From assembly GCA_002269645.1 (NCBI GenBank), contig NIVC01000385.1:186001-250000 (forward strand): a stretch of 64,000 bases of DNA. The letters are read 5' to 3'. This stretch comes from Macrostomum lignano (lineage: Eukaryota). Every line of letters starts with the position of its first letter. Position 1 is the stretch's first letter. Made by a program: the position numbers and the translations under genes. Shown here one piece after another: positions 12,001-23,612 of this stretch. Under the pieces are notes generated by a model that ran no database searches, was not told the DNA's origin, and saw only the letters and a list, made by a program, of their open reading frames with translations.

Positions 12001-12677
12001 AGATGAAAGCTTGAAGATAACCATTTTGTAGGAAAAATTTTGATTAAGAAGTTGATTTCTTTGTTATAGTTGGTCTAGGAGATTGCAGAGAATGAAACAT
12101 TGAAAATGAAAGCTCCAAAAATTGAAAATTTAGGCTTAAAGAAGTCCAATCCCTAAAGGCTTTTTTAGCCTTTAATAAAAAAATTTAGTGTTGATAAGCC
12201 CTAATAGCTCTTCAAATGCAGGGACTTGGATATTTTAATTATAGGGCCTAATTAGCTACAAGTATTTAGCTTAGTATAAAAAGCAAGATAGCTATGCAAA
12301 CATTCAAACAAGCAAATAAATTTTTATCAACAAGACAATGTCACAACATGGTCTATATAGTATAAGTATCATGTTTTATGGGTGTGATAATTGAAGATCA
12401 GTTTGAAATAAAAATTAAATAAAATAATTAAATACATAGCTTGTATTTAAAACAACAGAAAGGTAATCAGTATACTTACAACATGAAGTATTCTATAGTG
12501 CTCAACACTGCCATTGTGCGAAATGCACAAAGTATAGTCACCTGGAAAATTTACACTTTCGCGGATCAAAAATGTTCCATTATTAGACTCTTTCAAAAGT
12601 CCTTCAGCATCTTGCCTTGATAATGGTCCGTGGTACCATGGAAGAACTGGTATTGTGACGGCATCTTTCTGCTTCAT
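9038..12677 (-). CDS. csk: C-terminal Src kinase (Csk)-like tyrosine kinase, SH2 plus kinase; exons 12677(or 12668)-12480, 10657-10418, 9766-9038
   Basis: SH2 PWYHGPLSRQDAEGLL..GTFLIRESVNFPGDYTLC..VEHYRI. Linker YTLDEE.LF..L..LVQHY..DDGLC. Kinase motifs GRGDF, HRDIACRN, DFG, LPVKWTAPE, YSFGRLPYP, all Csk-like. GT-AG junctions are phase 0/0 and join in frame. Confidence 0.9.
9809..9903. mobile_element. Dispersed repeat copy C (inverted relative to A and B), followed by a CT-rich tract to ~10210
   Basis: GTCGGCAAAGCCTCT..TAAGCCTT..CACAATAGCAAT..GCCTCTTCTCGGCTTC matches the reverse complement of 10901-11000. Confidence 0.6.
10901..11000. mobile_element. Dispersed repeat copy B, preceded by an AG-rich tract from ~10825
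   Basis: Same core as 6331-6440 in the same orientation. Confidence 0.6.
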
Positions 12678-13512
12678 TACCAAAAAACAATTTCACTTCC
12701 CTATTTAGTATTGTGTTAAATGGAATAGAATGAATTATAAGCTAGGCCATAAATAAAGGTATTGGTTGTATAAAAATAAACGGTATTTTATCTACTAATA
12801 TTACCAACAAAGCGTTAACTTTATTCAATCTGATTTACGCTTAACCAGTATCAGTATCAATAATCAGTAAGCTCTTATGCATTAATTAGTTAAATAGGCG
12901 ACAATGGCTTAAGTTAAAAGTTACAGAAAGGGCATAAACAATAGATCTTTACAATAGTATAATTTATAAATTTTGCAAATAAAAACTGCATAACAACACA
13001 ACCGAATCTCTTCAAAATTTTAAGACACAAAATGTGTACCTGGAAAACAAAACTTTCGTTATACTCTTCCAAATAGTCGCAATGATATTCCGTCACGGGC
13101 GAAGGTCGTTTCGTGCGGGATTTTCGATTTTCAGGGAATTTTTATATTTTACCTAGCTAGACATTACGATTCACTTACAGTCACAGTTCAAATTGTAAAG
13201 TAGAAATGAAATAGAAGTAGGCTTAGCCTTAGATATTATCAAGCAAAAAAACAGAGGTAGGCCTCAAGACCATTACCATCATAGCGTCCAGCGGCAATGT
13301 GGCATAGGGCATATAGTATATTTGGCAGTGAAAACGGAAATAAAAATATTTTTAGGCCTACTTATCGTCTAATCCTAACTAAGCTAAGCAAACCATTGAT
13401 TGCCATTTTATTAGGCAATTAACATAAAAACTCATCTTTTAATCTCATTTTGCCACTAATCTAAAATTAGTGGCAAATATATAAAGAGGCTAATATAATG
13501 TATCAGTATCCT

Positions 13513-14141
13513 GTTGTTTCGTCAAATGCCTTTTCGTCTAATCCTTAGACGAAATGACCCAAAACTCAGTAAAAAATAAACGTCCAAGCCAACAAACCAA
13601 CCTCACTGATTTACATTGCAACGCTAATTTTATAATATAATTGCACTATTTGAAATTAGTTTTGTTAAAATTAACTTTCCTGGAACGTAGGTAACATTTT
13701 AAATGTAACGAAGGTCGCTAAATTTACAGGACCATTTAGATCTCGATCCAGCATTTTTTATCATACTTCTTTTCATACTTACTAATCATGCATATCTATG
13801 TCTTCCAAGTGCCCCAAGTGCAGCAATATAATTGGCAGAAGGCAACAGGCTATCCTCTGTGACTCTTAAAGACAATGGTACCATCGGGGCTGTGATACAG
13901 TAATGTTGATGTTGGAAGTTGACACAATGGACCACATCGAAAATAAATGAATAAATGCAGCTTTCAAGTTATGGCGTATACACCACATCTCACTGATGAA
14001 TAGCCTGTAAAATTACTTCTCCATCACATAATAATCATTATCTTGCTTCCCAGTTGCTTTACATCTCCGTTAGACGAAATGACTCTGAAAAAAACTCTTA
14101 GATGATACGGCATTAGACGAAAAATCATTAGACGAAACAAC
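13513..14141. mobile_element. Foldback/MITE-like element with 30-bp inverted arms
   Basis: 13513-13542 matches the reverse complement of 14112-14141 at 27/30. There is also an internal hairpin TTTCGTCTAA-TCC-TTAGACGAAA at 13532-13554. No TSD identified. Confidence 0.55.
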
Positions 14142-14488
14142 CTGGAATCTGTAGGCCTATATCTAATAATAATAGGTCTACTACATACTAGTAGTATTAA
14201 TTTTATTTGATCTAAGCTCAAATGAATTTTTGTATTTTGTATGGATATGCCAGATCAGTAAGAGTCCTAAGACCTATTCTTTGCAGTTTTCAGGTCTAAT
14301 TTTTGGATCCACAGAGTGAGTTCTAGTGGCCTGTTAGATATATGGTTCTTTAAAACTTTGTTATCTTAGGGGCCTACACTTTTGTTAGAGGCCTACCCAT
14401 TTTGAAGATAGGATAGGCCTACTTTGATATTTAACTAGGCCTAATTGGCAAGCTTTAAAAAAGGAAGTCCTTATCCCGAATACAATCT

Positions 14489-15370
14489 ATTTTGGTAACA
14501 GCCACTTTGGTAATAAAGCAGATTTATGACTGTCAACACTTTATTTTTATGAATATTAGGTTTAGCAATAATTAGGCCTAGTTTAATCATTCATAGGCCC
14601 CCCTATCTCAAATCTTTTATTGCATATATTGTTAAACTTTCTAGGCCTAGTTAAACTGTTTTATACTTTGTTTAAACTTGCACATCTACTTTGTGAAGAA
14701 TTTAAAGGCAAAGAAAATGAAACAAAGCAAGATCATATACATACATTGAAATTGAAATTTAAAAAATAATTAATGAAGAAAAAAGTTAGATTCTGTAATT
14801 TTAAGATGCTATTTGCTAACTAGATCAGAGATTCTAATGTACATGGTACACAATATTTGGCCAATTACAGAATGTCTTGGATGTATGTATCTGACTCATC
14901 CAGAAATTAAAAGAGATTGGTTAAAACACTTTTAAACAAGTTAAATACATGTAGATATGCATGTGTTTTGTCACTCTTTCTTTAAAGTTTGTTCCCAAAT
15001 CCTTTTAGAGCATATCAATTATACATAGGCCTCTATTATATTCATACATGCACAACCTCCAAATTTTGGTTGGCCATGCAACTTAGTTTTAACAAAAATG
15101 TGACATAGTTTTTGGCCAAAAATGTGACTTACATATAAAAAACCTAAAGCAAAATTAACACAACTAGGTAAATGGCAAGAGTAACTATGACTGTCTTATT
15201 AAGTAAAAATGCCTCATCAGCTACTTAGTACTACTATTTTGGTATTTTTTGTGTGGGCATTTTTGTGACTTCCTGGATGGGCCGCCAAATTGGTTGGCCA
15301 GATTGGCCGACTGTTGCGCATGTATGATTATATTATTCTTACTTGTTACCAAAGTGGCTGTTACCAAAAT
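14489..15370. mobile_element. Foldback/MITE-like element with exact 25-bp inverted arms
   Basis: ATTTTGGTAACAGCCACTTTGGTAA (14489-14513) is the exact reverse complement of 15346-15370. The right arm lies in a short 15-bp tandem (TTACCAAAGTGGCTG). Confidence 0.55.
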
Positions 15371-17830
15371 GGCTATTACCAAAGTGGACTATTACCTTTA
15401 TCCCTATTGTCCCATGCTGATAATTCCAATTTTATCCATATGGATCTATGTTGATAATTTCTAGCTTATTAAAATAGCTGCCACTCACTATTCAAGTCTA
15501 TAGGCCATGTCAATAATTTTCAGCTTATCCCCATGGTTAAGATTGTGCAGTTGTTTGTGTTTATTTTTGTGTAGGCTACTAATATTAAATTGATATTTGA
15601 TTAGTATTATTATCATTATTGTTACATTATGAATTTTGAATTTTGCAAATCTCATTTGCCTCAATCTTAAGGTCATTTGGTCATTCTCAGCAAAGCCAAC
15701 AGCTAAGAAAATATTAAAAATTAACCCTTATAATAATGAAAAAGTCTTAACAAAGTTACTTGATACTATTTGGAAGATTTCTAAAATGGTGTAAACAAAA
15801 ATACAGATTTATTTCATGGTTCTCTATTCTAATAAGCTGAAATTATTGATATTGATCTGTGTAAATAAAACTAGAATTATTGACATAGCCCATAGACCAC
15901 ACTTTGGATCATGTAATATATGCCCAAAAATTCAGGCGTGCATTGGCCTTGCATGCCAAAAGTAGGCGTCACAGTTGGCGTGCATCACTCTTAAGAAAAT
16001 ATACCTGGTGTGCACTTTATACAATCACACAGAAGAGTTATTGTGAAGTAGAAGAAAAGTTAGAAAAAGTTTTTTTTTAAGTTTAAATTTCCTGCTTTCC
16101 AAGTTTTTAAGCTTGTAAAAAGGCATTTAAACAAATCTTTGCATGTATCAATTTTCCACTGTGAATAGTGTCGCCAAAAAAGCATAAAAAGCAACCAAAT
16201 TATCTGTCAAAAAGGGTCTATTATGCAATGAAAAAAATGTCATTGATTGTCACAATGTAAAAAAGGTTATTTATTGTTGCAACACCGCCAGAGTTTTAAG
16301 AATGGGCATGCACTCAATTTTTTTGGCGCGCATTTGTAACTATTGATTTTTGTTTGGGTATGCACCTAGCATGATCCAGACTATAGCCCATAGACTTAAA
16401 TGGTGGCATCTATTTCAATAAGCTACCATAGGGATAAGCTAGAAATTATCAACGTAGATCTGTGTGGTTAAAATTGGAATTATTGGCATGGAACTATGGG
16501 GATAAGCACTTCCTTAAAAAAGTTTGGTCAACTTGTCATTTATATAAAAACTATTATTAACTTAATTTATAGATATTGCATTTTGCTACATATGAATAGA
16601 TCTATATTATATTATATCCTTATACTAAAAATTCTTTGTCAGTATATCCATAGTTAACTACATAACTATATGATTGATTTTAGCAAAAATGGCATTTTAC
16701 CAATTTTCTTTAAACTTGCAATAGGCCCTATTTGATCAAAAAAAATTCCAATGGTCTATGTGTCTTAGCTTGGCTAAGAAATTTCTCAATGCCAAATTGA
16801 TTAATTATTCAAAAAACTAACTAGCTGAGTTCTGATTCTGTCAAAGATAGTACCACACTGGGCTTTTTATTTATTGTCTCAATATTGGTTAAATATTGAC
16901 ATTGAATTAAATTATTTCACAGTATTAAAAACATAGTATAGAAGCATGGAACCACTATACTTGATTTAGATTACGTAACTATTGTTTATTATAATTGAGA
17001 CTTATTCTAACTTGCTTTAAGTTCAATAGGAGCTAGCCTAGATATGAACAAATTGAACTGCTAATGCAGCAACCTTGATTCAAATTTTAATAGTCTAACT
17101 TTTTTATTAAAAGGTTTTATTAAAGAATTTAATAAAGACAAGGATTATTGCAATAGATAAAAAATGGTCATTGCACTTGATGACTAAAGGATGAGTAGTA
17201 GTGAGGTAGGAATATTATTGGCTGAAGTTATTCATTTTCAATATTATTTGGTATTTGAATTGGTTCTGTCAAATATTCAAATCAAATTGATTTTGTTCAA
17301 TTTTTGTCCTATTTCTATTTGTTATCTTATCACTATCTCATTCTAAACTTATACTTTTGACAGGTGACGTTGTTTTCTTGCTCTATTCTCTATTCCCTAC
17401 TTAATTAAGTTTGGTTTGATAGCCATAGCTTAAGGCCTTTGATGGGCTTAATATACTTAGTTCCCAAGATGTTCAACTTGAATTCTTGTTTTCAGGTGTC
17501 AATGATTTTGAGGGTTCAGTGTTGTAGCAGCTTTTGCAAACTAAACTAAAACTATGGAAATCTATGGGAACTTCAACGACAACTTCAAATTACCATATTT
17601 TTTCTGTATGAGCAGTATAGTTTCTATGTTTAGTGGTATTCTGTAGCTGTAATTATAGCAAACCACTAGTTTAGTTCGGAGTTTGCAGACAGTTGTCAGT
17701 TAGCAACTAAAAGTGAATTAGCAATTGAGTTAGGCATTTAAACCCTCAGTGCCAGCTCTTTTATAGTGATGTGTACTCTGTATTTTACAGTTTTAAACTT
17801 GCTAGCTCTGCTATTAAAAGTGCCTAAATC

Positions 17831-18469
17831 ATGAACATTTTCCGACTAATTGGCGACATGAGCCATCTGTTTGCCATTGTTATTCTGCTGGCAAAAATCT
17901 GGCAAACCCGCTCAGTAAGTGGCATTTCCGGCAAGTCGCAGTTTCTATTTGGCCTGGTTTTCACCACGCGCTACTTGGACCTCTTTACGGTTTACATATC
18001 GGCATATAACACAACAATGAAGATTGCCTTTGTTTTGCTAACTTGGTTAACAGTGTTCTTAGTCTATTGCAAATATCGGGCTACTTATGATGGCAATCAT
18101 GACAGCTTCAGAGCCGAGTGGCTGGTAATTACAGCAGCTGGATTGGCTGTGCTAGTGAACCACCAGCTAACAGTTGTTGAGGTTCTCTGGACGTACAGTA
18201 TCTACCTGGAGTCTGTTGCTATCCTGCCGCAACTGTTTCTGATTAGCAAAACTGGATCAGCTGATACCATCACATCGCACTACCTGTTCGCTCTTGGCTC
18301 CTATCGAGCATTTTACATTATTAATTGGATCTACCGCTACTTTGTTGACGACTACTTTGAGGCCATAGCCGTGATAGCCGGCTGTCTGCAGACAGTTCTG
18401 TATGCTGATTTCTTCTACGTCTATGTTACTAGGATTGTGCGCGGAAAGCAGACTCAGATTGAGGTGTGA
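17831..18469 (+). CDS. KDELR: ER lumen protein-retaining (KDEL) receptor, intronless CDS, 212 aa
   Basis: MNIFRLIGDMSHL..., SGISGKSQ.LF..VFTTRYLDLF, WTYSIYLESVAILPQLF, TITSHYLFALGSYRAFYIINWIYRY; canonical length. Confidence 0.98.
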   Translation: MNIFRLIGDMSHLFAIVILLAKIWQTRSVSGISGKSQFLFGLVFTTRYLDLFTVYISAYNTTMKIAFVLLTWLTVFLVYCKYRATYDGNHDSFRAEWLVITAAGLAVLVNHQLTVVEVLWTYSIYLESVAILPQLFLISKTGSADTITSHYLFALGSYRAFYIINWIYRYFVDDYFEAIAVIAGCLQTVLYADFFYVYVTRIVRGKQTQIEV

Positions 18470-20089
18470 ATCAGCCGAGCTTAATGCAGGGGTGTTGCCA
18501 CAGACTTGATTGTGCGGGAAAATGACTGAAAAAGTGACAAGTTTTACGTGTACACAACTGTCGTTTTGATGGCGATGGTTTCAGTAGAGGCACGTGCCCA
18601 GCGGTGGCCCAAGATGTCTAAGCTTTGTCAATGGCAAAAACAATCACAATGTCAGTGTTGATGTTAAATGTGTTCTATTATGATTCAATAGGGTTTTTGG
18701 TGGTTGGCTATAATAAAAGTAGTAGTGTATAAATAAAATAATCAGTTTATGCTGTTGTATTCATTCGTCTCACCTGGTGATTTTGTTAGCGAATTAATTT
18801 TTTAATTTTAATCGCTTGTCTCTATGTTCCTATGTTTCTATGCAAGGACCAATATAAGTACGAGAAGTACTTATTCTACATCTAGTGATCCTTGATTCGA
18901 TGTTCAATGCGATTGAAAGAAAATCTACGTTTGTATTATTGTTTTCATTTAGTGAAAATGTAAGCCAAAAAGATGCCGCTTATTAATTCGAATTCATAGT
19001 ATGAAAAATCTGCCCGTTGAAAATGTTAGCGTGACAAGAATCGCTCGAGTCATTGCAAGCAACTCACTAGTTACTCTAGTGACTGTTTGACTTTAACGAC
19101 TCAAGGCTGTAGAATCGTCAGGGTCCCGAAGAAGTCGTCAAAGTTTCGTTGTGATGATAGCACTTAACTTTCTACCGACTCAAGTAGGCTAAATAGAGTT
19201 ATAAATGCGAAATGCAATTCAAATTCATAAAGTGACACAGATGCGCTTTAGACGCAACTCAGTGATTCTACAGCGTCTCTGGCACGCTTCAGATACGACT
19301 CTTCGGCCCCAGAGTCGCAGACTAAAGACGCCTTAAATTGACTCTTTGGCGACTTATATTGTGAAATCTCGTCATTTTATATAGAGTCGTCTAGATTCAG
19401 TATTCCCTATTTTACCTGTATTACCTGCAACGACTCTGGGGCGACGCTTCTTGGTCGGTAGGTACCGTTCTCATCGGGTTGGGTCCATCAAATGCTTCCT
19501 TACCCACTCTAGAGTTTCTATAATTAACTATTGAAATGCTATTGCCGTGCGAGTATTAGCTCAATTTCGTTGCCTCTTGAGTCTTGAGAGAATCATTCGA
19601 TTAGATATTTGGGTTTTTATTGTGTTCACTTTTCAATTCAATGTCTTTAATAGCTCTGGTCGGACTTTTTGCCAGTTTTATTTGTGTTGTTTAACCATTG
19701 TCATTTTTATCTTGGTTAATCATTAAATTTGGTAGGCTTTCTTGTTCAACTGCCACTATTGTTTGGTAAAAATAAAAGTTTTTTTTCCAATTTTTTGCTT
19801 GAGATAGATTCTTCATTTTTTATTGTGTTAGCCAATTAGACAGGATAAGACAAGGTAAAACAGGACAGTGTAAAACTTCAGGCCAGGTAGGCGATAAGCT
19901 TTACTGCTTTATTCTTTACCCTTAGTAGTGTCAACTTAGAATCATAAATAGGCACCTTATTTAAAATAGTTTAAAAATAGATTTTAGCAGTGCTTGACCT
20001 ATGCTTCATATTGCAATTTTGCATGCCCTGACTCGGACAAAGAGCAGACGACCAGGTGTTTTAAGGCTATTGCTTGACAAGCAGCAGCA

Positions 20090-20515
20090 ATGTTCTTGCC
20101 TCTGCAGAATCTGCTGCACTACCTGCACGCATCAGTGCTGGACCTGCTGATTTACAGCTGTGGACTTTTGTCATTCTTTCTACTGCTATGCGCAAAGGTG
20201 GACGGTTCCTTGAGTGCCAGCTGGTACTTGGTCTTCTCCCCTCTGTTTGTCGCTAACGGACTGGTCCTATACTTCAATATTATTATAATAGGCAGATTCA
20301 TTCGCGAGACTGAAGTCAAGCGCAAGTTCACGTTCTTCCTGGCTCTACGGCTGTTGAATTCTGTTTTTCTCTTTATATTCGAGCTGATGCTTGCTCAGAA
20401 GCTGTCTAATCACAGGTCCTACCATTACTCTGAGGTGTTCATACCCTTGTTTGTGCTCATTCATTTGCATCTGTTCTTTGCCTTTTGCTCGCGGCATATG
20501 CGACCCAGGTTTTAA
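20090..20515 (+). CDS. TMEM203: Transmembrane protein 203-like, intronless CDS, 141 aa
   Basis: Pattern LL..L..VDG....SW..VF.PLF.A.GL..YF..I, FIFELMLAQKL and PLF.LI.L matches TMEM203 as recalled; four hydrophobic segments. Confidence 0.85.
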   Translation: MFLPLQNLLHYLHASVLDLLIYSCGLLSFFLLLCAKVDGSLSASWYLVFSPLFVANGLVLYFNIIIIGRFIRETEVKRKFTFFLALRLLNSVFLFIFELMLAQKLSNHRSYHYSEVFIPLFVLIHLHLFFAFCSRHMRPRF

Positions 20516-20609
20516 TTATTTGCCAATTTCGCTTGTTTCATTGTAGTATTGCATGCTTGTATAAATCTCTTTCAGACTTAACGTTACTTAACTCTACGTG
20601 CAAGTTTGA

Positions 20610-21060
20610 TTATGTCTATGGTGAATTCTCTGCGGACTGTGCAGGATTGGTTTTGTCTTTGGCAAGATCTCCACACAGAGTACGGGATTAGTTTTGTCTA
20701 TGGTAAAATCTCTGTAGCTTGCAGGATGTCTATGGTTAATTCTATGGCAAAATCTACCCATAGCGTACTAGGCTATTGGTTTTGCCTATAGAATCCCCGC
20801 AGCGTGCAATATTATTGGTTTCGTCTATGGTAAAATCTCCTCATAGCGTACAAGATAATTAGTTTTGTCTACGCTAAAATCTCCACACAGAGTACAGGAT
20901 TAGTTTTGTCTATAGTAAATCTCTCATTAGCTTGCATAGTGTCTATGGTTACGTCTGTATGAAAAAATCCTCCCACAACGTACAATATTATTGGTTTTTC
21001 CTATAATAAAAAATCTCTCCGCAGCGTACAGGGTTGGTTTTGTGTATGATAAATGCATAT
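20610..21060. repeat. Degenerate tandem repeat, ~41-bp unit TTTTGTCTATGGTAAAATCTCC..GTACAGGATTAG
   Basis: Recurrent TCTATGG / AAAATCTC / GTACA motifs at regular spacing. Confidence 0.7.
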
Positions 21061-21794
21061 TTTCTATGGCAAAATCTAGAGTGTCCAAAATTGCGTTGGC
21101 TCTCTTAGGCCATATTATAGAATCTAAGAATGAAATCTGTTTAATAAAATACCATAATGTCTGTTCTCAAATAGAATCCGCCTTCTTGGTACAACGATTT
21201 TTGAAATGCATAATGGATGTTGAATCAATAAACTGACATCGAACTTTATAAATTTTAGAATTATGATAACTGCATAGACACAGTGTAATGTTCATTTTCT
21301 AAATGAAAAATCTTTTTTTCCTTATGCCTCTATCGTCACATTTACTAGTCGTTTATTCTGACCTGTTATTCGCTGGAATCAAGTTAGACAGAATTTAAAA
21401 CGCTTTATTTCTTGGAAAAATTTTGAAGGCTCGTGTCTTTGTTGTTGCTATGTACAAAGCTTTAGAATTCCGAATTTCTTAACTCGAAAAGGTGTTTTTC
21501 TCGATTAATGCCTGTTACAAAAATTTCCAAGAAATGAAGTATCTCGTCCTGATTTTAGGGGTCCTTAACTCTATGCTGTAGTAGTACATGATTTGTGCAT
21601 CTCAATGCTATCCCGCTAAATGCCTGTAATAAATTTGAATAGCATTATTATCTGTTGTTCTTCCGTTTCATTGTAACTGTTTGCTATAATAATTGTTAGA
21701 TTCTGCACCTGTCTAATTTGATTGCGATAGCATAGGATTTCTGCTTCTACTGCAAAAGCCTAAAATTATACTTAATTTGCAGCCTTCATCGGAA

Positions 21795-23612
21795 ATGGCC
21801 GCCGCCGCTGACAGCTCTGAGTCGCCGACTGACGCATCCGGCTGCAGCAGCGAGGATAAGCAGCAGCAGCCAACACCGCCGCCAGCTGAGGCAGTCGATA
21901 AAAGCGTCGAAGAGAACGCTGTACAAGCCGATTGTTCAGGTAATGGAGAGAATGAAGAGGCGGAAGAGGAGGATGAGTACTTTTACGATGACGAAGCGGA
22001 CGACGGAGAGGACGAAGAGGAGACCCTGGCCGAGGAGGAGGCAGCCGAGGCGGCCGAATCTGGCGGCCTGGGCGACGCTGACGAGCTGGCCAATCTGGAG
22101 GCTGAGGCGGAGCTGCCGTTGGAGCAGCTGATGGCTCGCTACGGCTATGGTGGTGGACGCGAGGAGGCACCAGCTGCCGGTCAGGCCGACGGCGGCAATT
22201 TCAACCAATCTGAGGTAGAAGAAGAGGATGATGAGGAAGAGGAAGACGATCCCGACTATGCCTGCCCGACTAACTGGAGACCGAAGGAGCCCCGGCTTGG
22301 GCCGGAGTTTCAGGTATGCGCAAGTTCTTTCAACTGTAGTTGATAACTAGCTCTCTAAGCCCCTCATGGGAGGCATTCAAATTCATAATGTTTGACCCAG
22401 CACTTCCAGATCGAATTTTTCATCACAGGGTTTCTGTGTTATTTCGATACATATCTGCTTTATTTCTGACATTTTATTAGTTTTCAATTACACAGACAGA
22501 CAGACAGCGCAAAATTAGTATATTTAGAAGATGTTACCCCGACATGAATCGCTGAAGCTTACAGCTTCGAAAATAGTGACCACTCAGACGGAAGTCATCA
22601 ACCATCAGTAGTAAAGTATGACAAAAATAGCTTAAATTAATTTTATTAATGCCTGTGCAGGGTACTGACTTGCCTACCTTTAAGTAGTAAGGCAGGAATT
22701 TCTTGCTAATCTCTTATAATTGTGTGCAGAAATGTTCCACTCTGTCAGTTGGATAAGAACTCCCATAAAAGCTTCTACTTAATTTTTGTTAATTAAGAAT
22801 GGATTCAGTGTTGTTTCTGAATCAAAAGCATTTTTAATCAAACTAGTATGTTAATTTGTTTATTTAGTAAACCTGAGATTTGACAGCTCTTCACCAAACC
22901 GAAGCTACGATTCCACAGCGCAATTAACCAGCCAGTATTATCAAATAATTTCCTACCTGTTGCGTTTTGAATTTCCCAATTGAATGCATCGCTGCTGCTC
23001 ACAAATTTACAGGCGGAAGTGCCGGAACTCGCTACATCCGCAGCCCTGGCTGCTACCTCAGCTTCGCCCGAGCCCGAAGCTTCTTCATCGTCGGAGGCTG
23101 AGGCGGATGAGGCAACGTGGACTAGCGAAGATCTGGACGCGCTAGAGAGCGGCCTGGCCGAGCACGGCAAGCAGTTTGGCCTGATTAGGCAGCAGCGACT
23201 TCCTGCGCTCACCGTTGGCCAGGTTGTGGCTGGCTATTACCGATGGAAGGCCACACGGAGAGGCCGCGAATTTCTTGACAGCCTGCGGCGTCAGCGAGCC
23301 GAAGCCGAGGCTCAAGCTGAGGCTGCCATGGCTGCTCTTGCCGCCGCTGCTGCCGCTGCTGCCACTCGGGCCGGGTCTTTGGGACCTCCTGCTGCGACTG
23401 CTGAGGCCACTTCAGTGCGCTTTGATGAGGCACACCAGCATCAGTATCAGCAGCAGCAGCAGCACTCCTCCAGCCTTCTGGCCTCCGATTCGCATCACAA
23501 TCCGCTGCATCAGCACCATCATCATTTCCATCACGAGCAGCACCAGCCGCCGCACCAGGGCGAGTCGCCTCGGTGCCCGGTCACGTCTACAACCGCTGAG
23601 GGAACAGCCTAG
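21795..23612 (+). CDS. MIER: MIER-family (mesoderm induction early response) acidic/SANT protein; exons 21795-22313, 23013-23612
   Basis: Acidic N-terminus; conserved ELANLEAEAELPLEQLMARYGY; ELM2 entry motif W.KEPRLGPEFQ|AEVP spanning a phase-0 GT-AG intron; SANT WTSEDLDALESGLAEHGKQFGLI..LTVGQVVAGYYRWK. Confidence 0.85.

Noticed and set aside
13783-13950. Possible SH3 remnant for Csk (PRWYHCL in one frame, LLPSANYI in another)
   Set aside because: The motifs are in different frames with a stop, lack the G-x-x-P-x-N-Y register, and the phase is incompatible with downstream acceptors.
15890-16385. Third foldback element (TGGATCATG / CATGATCCA)
   Set aside because: The exact inverted match is only ~9 bp with a patchy extension; insufficient without copy-number data.
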